This document shows, in pieces, positions 1-10,109 of a stretch of DNA of 64,000 nt. This DNA is from Candidatus Marinacidobacterales bacterium. Its GTDB lineage: Bacteria > Acidobacteriota > Vicinamibacteria > Marinacidobacterales > DATDRI01. The notes below the pieces were generated by a model that saw only the letters and a program-made list of their open reading frames with translations, did no database searches and had not been told where the DNA came from. The stretch spans positions 2,784,001 to 2,848,000 of the forward strand of contig OZ245365.1 of NCBI GenBank assembly GCA_965226495.1, read 5' to 3'. The translations under genes were made by a program, and so were the position numbers. The first letter of the stretch is position 1. Each line of letters opens with the position of its first letter.

Positions 1-60
1 ACGGCGGACTAGTCCCTGTACGATCGTGGCCAGATCTGCAGCAAGTAAGGAGCCAATCAA

Positions 61-1077
61 ATGCAGCTAGGAATGATCGGTCTTGGGAGGATGGGCGCCG
101 GAATGGTCCGGCGCCTTATGAAGGATGGCCACGACTGCGTCGTCTATGACATCCACCCGGAAGCGGTGAAACAACTGGCCGCCGACGGCGCGAAGGGCGC
201 GCTTTCGATGGAGGAGTTCGTCCAAAAGCTCGACAAGCCTCGTGCCGCTTGGATGATGGTACCGGCAGCGGTGGTGGACCAAACGATCGAATCCCTGGTT
301 CCACATTTGGAAAAGGACGACATCGTTATCGATGGTGGGAATTCCTACTACCACGACGATATTCGCAGAGCCGCAGCGCTCAAGACAAAAGCCCTTCATT
401 ACGTCGACGTCGGAACCAGTGGCGGGGTCTGGGGTTTCGAGCGTGGCTTTTGCCAGATGATCGGCGGTGAAAAGGACGTTGTCGAACACCTCGACCCGAT
501 ATTCGCTTCCCTCTCACCTCCCATCGAGGCGGCACCACGGACCCCCGGTCGTCAAAAATTGGGCGGAACCGCCGAGCACGGCTATTTGCACTGTGGCCCC
601 AGTGGAGCCGGCCACTTCGTCAAGATGGTTCACAACGGCATCGAGTACGGCGTCATGGCCGCGTACGCCGAAGGATTCAACATCCTCAAGAACGCCAACA
701 TCGGGAAGGAGGAAAGAACCGTGGATGCCGAAACCACGCCGCTCCGGCACCCGGAACACTACCAGTACGATCTCAACCTGACCGACATCTCCGAGCTGTG
801 GCGTCGTGGAAGTGTGATCACGTCCTGGCTGCTGGATCTCACCGCGAACGCGCTACTCGAAAACCCCGACCTGTCGAACTTCGCAGGCCGGGTCTCGGAT
901 TCAGGCGAGGGGCGTTGGACGATCCAGGCCGCCGTCGATGAGGCGGTCCCCGCCCATGTCCTCACGGCATCGCTCTACGAGCGCTTCGGCTCGCGCGGAA
1001 AGGACGACTTCGCGAACAAAGTGCTTTCTGCCATGCGCTATGGGTTCGGTGGTCACCACGAGAAGAAAGCGGACTAG
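61..1077 (+). CDS. gnd: 6-phosphogluconate dehydrogenase, decarboxylating (short GntZ/YqeC-type)
   Basis: GMIGLGRMG Rossmann motif, [30 protein letters not shown] and MRYGFGGH; AGGAG RBS upstream. Confidence 0.95.
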   Translation: MQLGMIGLGRMGAGMVRRLMKDGHDCVVYDIHPEAVKQLAADGAKGALSMEEFVQKLDKPRAAWMMVPAAVVDQTIESLVPHLEKDDIVIDGGNSYYHDDIRRAAALKTKALHYVDVGTSGGVWGFERGFCQMIGGEKDVVEHLDPIFASLSPPIEAAPRTPGRQKLGGTAEHGYLHCGPSGAGHFVKMVHNGIEYGVMAAYAEGFNILKNANIGKEERTVDAETTPLRHPEHYQYDLNLTDISELWRRGSVITSWLLDLTANALLENPDLSNFAGRVSDSGEGRWTIQAAVDEAVPAHVLTASLYERFGSRGKDDFANKVLSAMRYGFGGHHEKKAD

Positions 1078-1287
1078 TGGACTGTAACAATGAAATCGAT
1101 ACGGGACTTCATCGCTGCAATCCACGACCACCCTCACCCCGGCCCTCTCCCTGACGGAGAGGGAGTAACGGAAGGAAGCCATCTTTCAATACACCCTCAC
1201 CCGCCCGCCTTCGGCGGACGACCTCTCCCCCGTAATCGGAGGAGAGGTAAAAGAGGTAGTACCAACTTCGTTGATACAGCCTACTAA
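1074..1287. mobile_element. MITE-like element with 29-bp imperfect terminal inverted repeats and internal REP hairpins
   Basis: 1074-1102 ctagtggactgtaacaatgaaatcgatac vs reverse complement of 1259-1287 ttagtaggctgtatcaacgaagttggtac: 21/29 identical; two internal CCCTCACCC..CCTCTCCC..GGAGAGG hairpins. Confidence 0.7.
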
Positions 1288-1296
1288 TCGGTTGCG

Positions 1297-1986
1297 ATGG
1301 TGATCGAGATCCTCCAGGATGCCGACGCAGTCGCGAAACGGGCCGCAAGCCTCATTGCCGCCGCGGCCCGTCAATGCGTTGGCGAGCGAGACCGTTTCGT
1401 TTTCGCGGTCAGCGGGGGGCGGACACCGTGGAAGATGCTCCGGGCACTCGCCGGCGAAGACGTTCCTTGGGAGCACGTCCGTGTCGTACAAGTTGATGAA
1501 CGCGTCGCACCGGAGGGACACTCCGATCGCAATCTGACCCATTTGCGGGAGAGTCTTCTCCCCCACGCTCCCCTATTGCCGGATCACATCTACCCCATGC
1601 CGGTTGGCGAAGCCGACTTGACCACGGCGGCCTCTAGCTACGCCCAGGTTCTCGCAGACCTGGCCGGTTCACCCCCGGTGGTGGACTTGATCCATCTCGG
1701 TCTCGGACCCGATGGTCACACGGCCTCCTTGGTACCTGGAGACCCGGCACTCGAGGTTCATGACCGAGAGGTTGCGGTGACGGAGGTTTACCAAGGCCGG
1801 CGGCGCATGACGCTCACTTACCCGGCGCTCAACCGAGCTCGACAATTGCTTTGGCTCGTGACCGGAGCGAACAAAGCGGACATGCTTCCTCGCTTGCGCG
1901 ATGGTGACGAAGGGATTCCGGCCGGTCACGTGGCGAGCAAGAACGCGATGGTGGTCGCCGATCGATCGGCAGCCGACCGGCTCTAG
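1297..1986 (+). CDS. pgl: 6-phosphogluconolactonase
   Basis: SGGRTP, VDERV, LGLGPDGHTASL and RRMTLT motifs; adjacent to gnd. Confidence 0.92.
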   Translation: MVIEILQDADAVAKRAASLIAAAARQCVGERDRFVFAVSGGRTPWKMLRALAGEDVPWEHVRVVQVDERVAPEGHSDRNLTHLRESLLPHAPLLPDHIYPMPVGEADLTTAASSYAQVLADLAGSPPVVDLIHLGLGPDGHTASLVPGDPALEVHDREVAVTEVYQGRRRMTLTYPALNRARQLLWLVTGANKADMLPRLRDGDEGIPAGHVASKNAMVVADRSAADRL

Positions 1987-1996
1987 GACGCGAACA

Positions 1997-2028
1997 AAGA
2001 GCGGGTGACCCCTCGGCCACCCGCTCTT
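1997..2028. terminator. Probable bidirectional intrinsic terminator
   Basis: 11-bp perfect stem aagagcgggtg/cacccgctctt between convergent genes. Confidence 0.6.
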
Positions 2029-2044
2029 AAGACGTCGTCCTAGT

Positions 2045-2647
2045 CTAGTTTAAACTGATAGAAGCTGGACAAGGAGAACCTGCGGCGAGACTAGAAGTAA
2101 TGCAGGGTGCCGGCTTCTTGTCGGGAGGGTCGGCCGGCGGAGGAGCGACCGTGATGTGTCGCACCCGCGCACAGTGAGTCCCGTCCCCTGCGACGATGAG
2201 CTCGGCTCTAATCGTGCGTGCGGTCTCCCCGGTCAAGTTCTTGTACTTGTGCTCCGCCAAGAGCTCGACGTTGATCGTCCCATCCTCGTTCTCGGTGACG
2301 TCGAGATCGTCCAAATCGTAATCCTCTCCGCTACCGTCTCCGTAGTTCCACCAAACCCGAAGGATCGTCGCATCGGCTGGAGCGCCGACCAGCTTGATCC
2401 ACGCCTTGACCACGTTGTCCTCAATCGACCCCGGGTGGCTCGTTCGGAAATGGAACTCCAAGATTCCGGGACAGTCCGTTTCCTCGGTGGCCACCGGCGC
2501 TATCGGCGCGCTCAACCCATCGCCGGCGGCGGTCGAGTTAAGCGTGCTCGCTCCCGTGGGCAGGTTGCTCTCAACGTTGCATCCCGCAACCGCGAGCCCG
2601 GCACCTACGAACAAAGTCAATATGAGACCTACATGCTTGAGCTTCAT
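2045..2647 (-). CDS. Hypothetical lipoprotein (PKD/Ig-like stretch)
   Basis: AAGGAGG RBS before MKLKHVG; hydrophobic signal ending VAGC lipobox; WNYGDGS PKD-like motif. Confidence 0.7.
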   Translation of the reverse strand: MKLKHVGLILTLFVGAGLAVAGCNVESNLPTGASTLNSTAAGDGLSAPIAPVATEETDCPGILEFHFRTSHPGSIEDNVVKAWIKLVGAPADATILRVWWNYGDGSGEDYDLDDLDVTENEDGTINVELLAEHKYKNLTGETARTIRAELIVAGDGTHCARVRHITVAPPPADPPDKKPAPCITSSLAAGSPCPASISLN

Positions 2648-2885
2648 GCTCCTCCTTCGCAGTGAAGTTTCTGGAATGTTGCTCGGGCTGGGCAGAAGAT
2701 CGCCGGCCGGAGTCAGACTCATGGGTGCAAGAAGTGGACCACTAACGCAGTTAGTCGCGGCCGGGAGCCTACCTAGACAAGCCGGCCTGCAGTCAAGACT
2801 TAGGGGTGCAGGAGAGAAAAACGTGGGGTTCGGTGATGGCGTTTGTGTGGGGAGATTCCTCCAGTCGATTCCCCCCTTCCCACAG

Positions 2886-4232
2886 TCACCGCGAAACGGC
2901 AGTCAGGTGCCCGCGCGTACGGAAGAAGAGAACCCCTTCGGAGATGGCCGGTGTCGCCATGGCAGTCTCCCCCATCGAGTTCATCGCCAGAACGTCGAAG
3001 TCCGGGGCCGCTTTCAGGACGTAAACGTCGCCGTCCTCACTGGTGAAGTAGAGCTTGCCGTCCGCGAACACGGGTGAGGCGCTGAACCCTCCTCCTTTGC
3101 CCAGTCGCTTGCGTTCTACGATCTCACCCGTCTTCGTCTGGTAGACGGTCATGACACCGCCATCCTGGCAGGTGATGAGGTATTCCTGATGGACAAGCAC
3201 CGTTTGCATGTAGTTGCCGCGATTTCGACGACTCCAAGCAATATAGCGATTCGAGCTCTCCCCCTCCGCCAGTGAAATATCACCTGCGGCGTCGGTCTTT
3301 ATCGCGTAGATGGGGGCGGCGGGTCCGTGCGCGTTGGTGATGAAGATGAGCCCGTCCGACACGACAGGTGTCGGCACCGGAATGTCGCCCCCGCCGGCCA
3401 TTCTCCAGAGCTCTTCGCCGGTAGCCAGATCGTAGGCTCCAATGTGCTTGTACCCGTTCACGATCACTTGTTGGCGTCCATCCTCCTCATGTACGGTCGG
3501 GGTGCTCCAGGTTGGTACGTCCTCGCGAGGCGTGCGCCAAACCTCTTCGCCGTCTCGGATCCGGAAGGCGGCGATGAAGGAATTCTCCCGAACGTCACAC
3601 TGCACGATGACCAGATCGCCATGAATTACCGGAGAGCTGGCAAAACCCCATTGCGCCTCGGGAACCAGGAAGAAGTTGGAGTCGAGAACGCCCAGATCCT
3701 TCTTCCAAACGAGGTTTCCTTCGAAGTCGTAGCAGTAGAGCCCCTCCGAGCCGAAAAAGGCGATGACATGTTTGCCGTCGGTTGCCGGCGTCGAATTAGC
3801 GTGCGTCGACTTCGGATGTCGTTTCGTCCGCGGCACACCACGGTGAGAGGTTCGCTCCCAGAGAATCTCGCCGGTGGTCTTGTCGATACTGTAAATCTTC
3901 CAACTATGGACTCCCTCGTCCTCGACGGGAGTGATGTCTCCGTAGAGACCAACCTTCAGCTCCGCCTCGTCCTTATCCCGCACCGCGGTGGTGACGAAGA
4001 GTCGATCCCCCCAAACGACCGGGCTCGAATGGCCAAGACCGGGGATGACGGTTTTCCATTTGATATTGGTTCCGCGCTCGACATCCCATTCGGTTGCGGT
4101 CGCGTACCCTTCGGCGATACCGCGCGCCTCGGCTCCTCTGAAAGAAGGCCAATGGATGTCGCGCTGTGACTGCCCACTGGGTTCGATTGGGGCGATGAGA
4201 AGACCGAAAGCGACTATTGCATGCCGGATCAT
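2886..4232 (-). CDS. Secreted PQQ-binding-like beta-propeller protein
   Basis: HWPSFRG, GHSSPVVWGDRLFVTTA, STPATDG and FSASPV repeats. Confidence 0.9.
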   Translation of the reverse strand: MIRHAIVAFGLLIAPIEPSGQSQRDIHWPSFRGAEARGIAEGYATATEWDVERGTNIKWKTVIPGLGHSSPVVWGDRLFVTTAVRDKDEAELKVGLYGDITPVEDEGVHSWKIYSIDKTTGEILWERTSHRGVPRTKRHPKSTHANSTPATDGKHVIAFFGSEGLYCYDFEGNLVWKKDLGVLDSNFFLVPEAQWGFASSPVIHGDLVIVQCDVRENSFIAAFRIRDGEEVWRTPREDVPTWSTPTVHEEDGRQQVIVNGYKHIGAYDLATGEELWRMAGGGDIPVPTPVVSDGLIFITNAHGPAAPIYAIKTDAAGDISLAEGESSNRYIAWSRRNRGNYMQTVLVHQEYLITCQDGGVMTVYQTKTGEIVERKRLGKGGGFSASPVFADGKLYFTSEDGDVYVLKAAPDFDVLAMNSMGETAMATPAISEGVLFFRTRGHLTAVSR

Positions 4233-4304
4233 CGAGAGCCTCCGCGCGAAACATTACGTCCGAGACCCGCGTTTTGCAAACTGACGGCTATAATGGAGTC
4301 CGCC

Positions 4305-4817
4305 ATGAAGTGGTTCGATCGCAAGTTCGCATTTCAAGCACCGGTGGAGCTGTACCCTCAGTTCGTCATCCGGCTGCGGGGCACCGCCGCTCGTCTGGAC
4401 GAGCTGACACGCTATCTCTCCCAACCCGCCCTAGCGGGGAAGCCCGAGGGCAAGTGGTCGGCCCAGGAAAACGTCGGGCATTTGCTGGATCTGGAGGAGC
4501 TCTGGAGCGCGCGCCTAACGGATTTCCTCGAAGGAAAGGATGTTTTGACCCCGGCGGATCTAGAGAACCGCAAGACCCACGAGGCGCGCCACAACGACAC
4601 GCCGCCCGGCATACTCTTGAAGGAATTCCGGAAGGCACGGGACGGTTTCCTCGAACGGATCGACGCGCTCGCGCCCGACGATTTCGCGAAGACTTCTCGC
4701 CACCCACGACTCGACACACCCATGCGACTCATCGACATGCTGGAGTTTATTGCCGAACACGACGATCACCACCTGGCGAGAATCTGGGAGCTCTGCCGCG
4801 AAGCCCACGCCCGCTAG
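4305..4817 (+). CDS. DinB family protein
   Basis: GKWSAQENVGHL...EHDDHHL metal-binding His pattern. Confidence 0.85.
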   Translation: MKWFDRKFAFQAPVELYPQFVIRLRGTAARLDELTRYLSQPALAGKPEGKWSAQENVGHLLDLEELWSARLTDFLEGKDVLTPADLENRKTHEARHNDTPPGILLKEFRKARDGFLERIDALAPDDFAKTSRHPRLDTPMRLIDMLEFIAEHDDHHLARIWELCREAHAR

Positions 4818-4906
4818 TGGAATTCTCCATCCTCCCGAGCGCTCATCTGCGTTGAGCGCGAACGGGTTTACACTCGATCTCACGCTGTGACATCATCGTC
4901 GACTCT

Positions 4907-5833
4907 ATGGCGGCCGCCCCCCCTATCCAAGTACGTGGACTCGTAAAGAGCTACGGCAGCTTTCAAGCCGTACGCGGCATCGATTTCGACGTGCATGCAG
5001 GTGAGGTTTTCGCGCTTCTTGGTCCGAACGGAGCCGGGAAGACGACGACGGTCGAAGTCCTGGAGGGGCTCCGCTCCCGAAACGGAGGCGATGTTACGGT
5101 CCTAGGCTTCGACCCAGGTGAGCAGAGCAAGCCTCTCAAAGACCGCATCGGTGTCTGTCTGCAAGCTACCAACCTTCCCGACAGAATCAAAGTACGGGAA
5201 GCCCTCGAGCTATTTTCCGATCTCTACTCGCACCACCAGGATAGTAAGACCCTCCTCCAACGCCTCGAGCTACAGGACAAACGCAACAATTTCTACTCCG
5301 AGCTTTCGGGTGGACAAAAGCAACGTCTAGCCCTCGCCCTGGCCCTCATCAACGACCCCCAGGTTCTTTTCCTCGACGAGCCCACCGCCGGCTTGGATCC
5401 TCAGGCACGGCTCGAGATTCATGCGCTTATCCAGGACCTTCGCAGTGATAACCGAACCATTCTGCTCACCACGCATTACATCGAGGAAGCCGAAAAACTC
5501 TGCGATCGGGTCGCGATCATCGACGAGGGGCGCATCATCGCTATGGGGACACCCAAGGAGATCCGAAGTCAAACCATGGGGCACTCCTACATCGAGATCC
5601 ATAGCGCACGCGATCTGCCGGAGAACCTACCGAGTTTCGACTCGGCGGAGAAGATCAGTGTGGGCACCGACAGACGCAGTCTCACCGTTCACTCCACGCA
5701 GCCGGCGCGAGCCTTGGTGGAGCTCGTTAAATGGCTGGAGCAGCACGATGTGGAGCTCTCCGACGTCCATCTCAAGCAACCGACTTTGGAAGACGTCTTC
5801 ATCGAGATGACCGGCAGGAGACTTAGAGATTGA
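4907..5833 (+). CDS. ABC transporter ATP-binding protein (ABC-2/DrrA-like exporter)
   Basis: Walker A GPNGAGKTT, LSGGQ, LFLDEPT, TTHY; C-terminal PTLEDVF. Confidence 0.95.
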   Translation: MAAAPPIQVRGLVKSYGSFQAVRGIDFDVHAGEVFALLGPNGAGKTTTVEVLEGLRSRNGGDVTVLGFDPGEQSKPLKDRIGVCLQATNLPDRIKVREALELFSDLYSHHQDSKTLLQRLELQDKRNNFYSELSGGQKQRLALALALINDPQVLFLDEPTAGLDPQARLEIHALIQDLRSDNRTILLTTHYIEEAEKLCDRVAIIDEGRIIAMGTPKEIRSQTMGHSYIEIHSARDLPENLPSFDSAEKISVGTDRRSLTVHSTQPARALVELVKWLEQHDVELSDVHLKQPTLEDVFIEMTGRRLRD

Positions 5834-8019
5834 GACCGTACCTAGCCCTCATCAACATCGACCTCAAGCTCGCGCTGCGAAACAAGTCGGTCATCTTCTT
5901 CAACTACTTGTTTCCCCTCATCTTCTTCTTCGCGTTTGCCCAGTTCCTGGGCGATGGCTTGGGAGGCAGGATCTCGTACATCGTTAGCATAGTCCTGGTC
6001 CTTGGCATTCTCGGCAACGGCCTCTTCGGCGCCGGGATGCGAGCGGTTCAAGAGCGAGAGGCCAACATCCTCCGCCGATTCAAAGTCGCGCCGATCTCGC
6101 CCATTCCCATTCTCGTTGCCTCGATGGTTACCGGATGGGCGCTGTATCTACCGTCGGCACTATTGGTTCTCGGATTGGCTCACTTTTTCTACGGAATGGA
6201 GATCCCGGAGCGTTGGTTCGCTCTTTTTGCGTTGATTTCGATCGGTGTCGTCGCCTTCCGCGCCGTTGGTTTGATCCTGGCGGCGGTGGCGAACTCGATA
6301 CAAGAGAGCAACATTTTGATCCAGACGCTGTACATGCCGATGCTCTTCCTGAGCGGTGCGACATTCCCGATGACCATGCTTCCTGTTTGGGCCCAAGTCA
6401 CCGCGCAGTATCTTCCGGCAACGTACCTTGTCACAGGTTTCCAAGGGGTCTTCTATCGACAAGAAAGCTTGTTCGAAAACTGGCCGGCCGTCCTGGCCCT
6501 CACCGCCACCATCGTCCTTGCCACATTCGTCTCGGCAAAGCTCTTTCGCTGGGAGAAGGATGAGAAGATCGCTGGCTCGGCCAAACTCTGGGTCGTGGGA
6601 GTGCTCCTACCGTTCTTCGCGCTCGGCAGCTACGAACTATGGAGTCGAGACAACATAAATAAGGCGGAAGCGTTGTGGCGCGATCTGGACCGCCGGGAGC
6701 TCCTCCTCATACAAAATGCTCGAGTCTTTATCGGCGACGGACGCGTAATCGAGTCGGGAACGGTCCTGGTCGAAGACGGCAAGATTCAGGGCGTGTTCGA
6801 TTCCAACCCTCCGGATTCCTCTCGATGGCGGGGAGAAGTCATCGACGCGGCCGGCAAAACCCTTCTCCCCGGCCTGATCGACGTTCACGTCCACCTCGCC
6901 GCACCGGGAGGGGTTGTCGCATCGGAGACCGAGTACGACTTCGAAGGCGCGATGGAGCGGGCACTCGCCGCGTACCTCTATAGTGGTGTCACCACCGTCA
7001 AGAGCGTCGGTGACCCTGTTCAGGCCACGCTTCGTCTGCGAGATCGCGAGCGTTCCCGAGAAGTTCAAGGAGCGGAGCTCTTCGTGTGCGGTCCCATGTT
7101 TACCACCGAGGGTGGCCACGGAACCGAGTATTTCGAGACGCTTCCACTAGCAATCCGAGAATTGGTCGCCCAGCAGTGGGTTCGAACGCCTTCGTCGCGC
7201 GAGGAAGCCGGCCAGCAAGTCCGGGAGCTCAAAGCCGCGGGTGTCGATAGCATCAAAGCCATTCTAGAGGCGGGGCGGGCGGGAATGCTCTTCAACCGCA
7301 TGGATACGTCCATCCTCGAAGGCATCGCGGAGGAAGCGCGCGCCCTGGAGCTTCCACTGACCGTGCATACCGGCAACAGCCAGGACATGGAAGCCGCCAT
7401 CGAGGCTCAAGCGACCAGCATCGAGCACGGTTCATCCCTCGACGAAATACCGCTCGCAACGTTTCGACGCATGGCGAACGACGGCATCACCTACGACCCG
7501 ACGCTCGGCGTCCGCGAGGCCCTCGTTGATCTGTCCAAGGGTGACACGAAACCTTTCGAACGCTCGTTGCTCCAGCAAGTAGGGCCACTCGAGCTCTTGC
7601 GACAAACTCGGGAAGCCCTCGAGTCGGGGCAGATGCGACAACGCCTGAGCCAAAGGAGTCTCGAAGATGAGCTCGTCCGGGCGCAGGCCAACCTCCTTGC
7701 CGCTCATCGCGTCGGGGTGACCCTTGTGACCGGAACCGATTCCGGCAATCCACTCGTTTTCCATGGACCCGCCATACACAGAGAGTTGCAGCTCTGGGTC
7801 GAAGCGGGACTTCCGCCCGCAGTCGCCCTCCAAGCCGCGACCAGAAACGCGGCCGCCCTTCTCGGAGCGGGCGATCGTCTGGGTCTCATCCAGGCCGGTT
7901 ATGACGCCAACCTGCTGCTGGTCGACGGGAACCCGCTAGAGGACATCGCCAGCACGGAGAGGATCTCACTGATTGTTTACAAAGGTGGGAGAGTAGAGCG
8001 AAGTCGATTGTTCGAGTAG
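5830..8019 (+). CDS. ABC-2 type permease fused to a metal-dependent amidohydrolase (Amidohydro_1)
   Basis: About 240 aa ABC-2 membrane domain (LFLSGATFP...KLFRWE), an extra TM helix, then LLPGLIDVHVHL, GVTTV, SIKA, TVHT, SIEHG, GTDSG and GYDANLLLVDGNPLEDI. Confidence 0.88.
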   Translation: MRPYLALINIDLKLALRNKSVIFFNYLFPLIFFFAFAQFLGDGLGGRISYIVSIVLVLGILGNGLFGAGMRAVQEREANILRRFKVAPISPIPILVASMVTGWALYLPSALLVLGLAHFFYGMEIPERWFALFALISIGVVAFRAVGLILAAVANSIQESNILIQTLYMPMLFLSGATFPMTMLPVWAQVTAQYLPATYLVTGFQGVFYRQESLFENWPAVLALTATIVLATFVSAKLFRWEKDEKIAGSAKLWVVGVLLPFFALGSYELWSRDNINKAEALWRDLDRRELLLIQNARVFIGDGRVIESGTVLVEDGKIQGVFDSNPPDSSRWRGEVIDAAGKTLLPGLIDVHVHLAAPGGVVASETEYDFEGAMERALAAYLYSGVTTVKSVGDPVQATLRLRDRERSREVQGAELFVCGPMFTTEGGHGTEYFETLPLAIRELVAQQWVRTPSSREEAGQQVRELKAAGVDSIKAILEAGRAGMLFNRMDTSILEGIAEEARALELPLTVHTGNSQDMEAAIEAQATSIEHGSSLDEIPLATFRRMANDGITYDPTLGVREALVDLSKGDTKPFERSLLQQVGPLELLRQTREALESGQMRQRLSQRSLEDELVRAQANLLAAHRVGVTLVTGTDSGNPLVFHGPAIHRELQLWVEAGLPPAVALQAATRNAAALLGAGDRLGLIQAGYDANLLLVDGNPLEDIASTERISLIVYKGGRVERSRLFE

Positions 8020-8065
8020 TATGCGACAGCTTGCATCGGAACAGGACAAAAGGGGAACTCTGAAG

Positions 8066-8962
8066 ATGTTGAAACCAGTCTTGAGCAACTTACTCGTGTT
8101 TGCCTTGGCCGCAGGAGCCGCGAGCGCCCAGGAGTCTCTGAAGGTCTACATCTCGGCGGACATGGAAGGTGTGGTCGGCGCGGTGACCGACGCGCAACTA
8201 GGGCCGTCGGGGTTCGAGTACCAGAGATTCCGCGAGTTCATGACCAACGAGGTTCTTGCGGCGATCGAGGGCGCTCGTGCCGCCGGAGCCACCGAATTCC
8301 TCGTCAGTGACTCTCACGGCAATGGTCAAAACTTGCTCATCGAGAAATTCCCCAAAGACATTCAAATCGTGCGCTCGTGGCCTCGACATTTGGGCATGAT
8401 GACCGGGATCGACGAAAGCTTCGACGCGGCCTTTTTTATTGGCTACCACTCGGCGACTTCGAACCTGGAAGGGGTCCGCGCCCACACGATGTCCAGCGCC
8501 CGGCTAACGGATATTCGACTTAACGGTATCTCGATGCCCGAAGCGGGAATCAATGCGGCGATCGCTGGAGAGGTTGGCGTCCCGATCGCGATGATCTCGG
8601 GCGACGACGCCATCGTAGCGGAGGCAGGAGCACTTCTAGGCCACATCGAAGGGGCAACCGTTAAGTGGGCCTACAGCTTTCATTCCGCGCGCACCCTGAC
8701 GCCGGAAGCGAGTTACGACCTCATTCGTGAAACGGCCCGCAAGGCTCTCTCCGACCTCGGCGCGTTCAAGCCGTACCGCCTGTCCAACCCCATCACGACC
8801 GAGGTCGCGTTCAAGGACTATCGTCCACCTCAGCTTTTGGAGTATCTCCCTAACGTGGCGCGGGTCGACTCACACACCATCCGGTTCCGCGGACAGAATA
8901 TGCGAGAGGTCTCGGACATGATGGTTTTCATCAACAGCTACAGTACTTCTCTGACGCCCTGA
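8066..8962 (+). CDS. M55 family D-aminopeptidase (DppA-like) with signal peptide
   Basis: ISADMEG, SDSHG, FIGYH, AHT, PEAGIN and SGDD motifs; AxA signal cleavage site. Confidence 0.9.
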   Translation: MLKPVLSNLLVFALAAGAASAQESLKVYISADMEGVVGAVTDAQLGPSGFEYQRFREFMTNEVLAAIEGARAAGATEFLVSDSHGNGQNLLIEKFPKDIQIVRSWPRHLGMMTGIDESFDAAFFIGYHSATSNLEGVRAHTMSSARLTDIRLNGISMPEAGINAAIAGEVGVPIAMISGDDAIVAEAGALLGHIEGATVKWAYSFHSARTLTPEASYDLIRETARKALSDLGAFKPYRLSNPITTEVAFKDYRPPQLLEYLPNVARVDSHTIRFRGQNMREVSDMMVFINSYSTSLTP

Positions 8963-8966
8963 CAAT

Positions 8967-9305
8967 CTATTTGGGTTTTCGCAAGCCCTTCGGCATCACT
9001 TCCTGTAGCTTTTCCTCGAGCTCGTCGGCCATTGCGAAGTGGTTGTGGGCGCGAGCCGCTTCGGCACCCTGCCGGAACGCCCAGCGAGCCTCTTTCTTCC
9101 TTCCCAGCTGAACCAGAGCGTCCCCGAGCGTACGATAGGCGGCTCCCTCATCCTCCTTGAGTTTCAAGTAGGCCTCGAGCTCCTTCACGGTCGCCTCGTG
9201 ATCGCCCGCCTCGTAGAGCTCATTGGCCAACATAAAGCGAGCCAATGCATCCTTCGGATCTTTCTCGATCATGTTGCGAAGTGCTTCGATTCGGCTGTCA
9301 CTCAT
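8967..9305 (-). CDS. Small TPR protein
   Basis: DPKDALARFMLANE...AAYRTLGDAL TPR pattern; overlaps the upstream hydrolase stop. Confidence 0.8.
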   Translation of the reverse strand: MSDSRIEALRNMIEKDPKDALARFMLANELYEAGDHEATVKELEAYLKLKEDEGAAYRTLGDALVQLGRKKEARWAFRQGAEAARAHNHFAMADELEEKLQEVMPKGLRKPK

Positions 9306-9997
9306 GGGTTCTCTCCGACGTTCCCAATCCACGCATCCAGCACATCGAGGATCTCTTGCGTTACTTCGCCCTCAGTCCGGCCGACCCGCTTGGGAACCTT
9401 GAAGGAATGATCTCCTTCGGCAATGACGTGCAACGTCGCTCCACCGCCCATCTCATCCACGACCTCCTGGAGTAGATTGAGCTTGGCGAAAGAGTCCCGT
9501 CCCCCCTGAATAAAAAGCGTGGGGACCGGGATGCTGGGCAAGTGATCTCTTCTTTGTTTGTCGGTCTTTCCCGGAGGATGAAGTGGGTAGCCGAGAAAGA
9601 ACACGCCGCTGCAAGGATAACCCTCTGCCGCTACGTAGGAAGCCATCCGTCCCCCCATCGACTTCCCCCCAAGGAAAATGGCGTCCGATTTCAGCTCTTT
9701 TCGCGACCAGTCGGCGACTGAGCGCCAGGCGGCTTCGAGCTGCGGCCGCCGATCGGGTGCCCTTTTCCTTCTTTCGCTGTAAAGAAAGTTGAACCGCACT
9801 ACGGCCACCGACCGCGCGGTGAGACCATTTTGCAGCTGCACGAGAAGCTTCGCGTTCATGTCTCCGCCGGCGCCGTGGGCCATGATCGCCACGGCCCGGA
9901 TTTTCTTGGGGTGGGCGACCGCAACCGACACCTGCCCGAGAACGTCGCCCTCGTGAAGGACGTCTACCTTGTAATAGGTCTCTTCGAAATCCGCCAT
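9302..9997 (-). CDS. Alpha/beta hydrolase (KANL3/Tex30-like)
   Basis: AHGAGG, GGKSMGGR, LGYPLHPPGK, QGGRD and GDHSF. Confidence 0.88.
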   Translation of the reverse strand: MADFEETYYKVDVLHEGDVLGQVSVAVAHPKKIRAVAIMAHGAGGDMNAKLLVQLQNGLTARSVAVVRFNFLYSERRKRAPDRRPQLEAAWRSVADWSRKELKSDAIFLGGKSMGGRMASYVAAEGYPCSGVFFLGYPLHPPGKTDKQRRDHLPSIPVPTLFIQGGRDSFAKLNLLQEVVDEMGGGATLHVIAEGDHSFKVPKRVGRTEGEVTQEILDVLDAWIGNVGENP

Positions 9998-10109
9998 GAG
10001 TTTCGGTGACAGGTGATTTATCCACGCCATTTTGTCACGGAAGGTAACAATTAAAAAACCTGTCCCGGAAATAGGAGTTATTCTACGCCCCGTCGAAAGG
10101 AGACGAGCA

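Noticed and set aside
1090-1287. 65-aa ORF (also the 18301-18627 ORF)
   Set aside because: These are translations of REP/MITE DNA giving HPHPGPLP-type peptides
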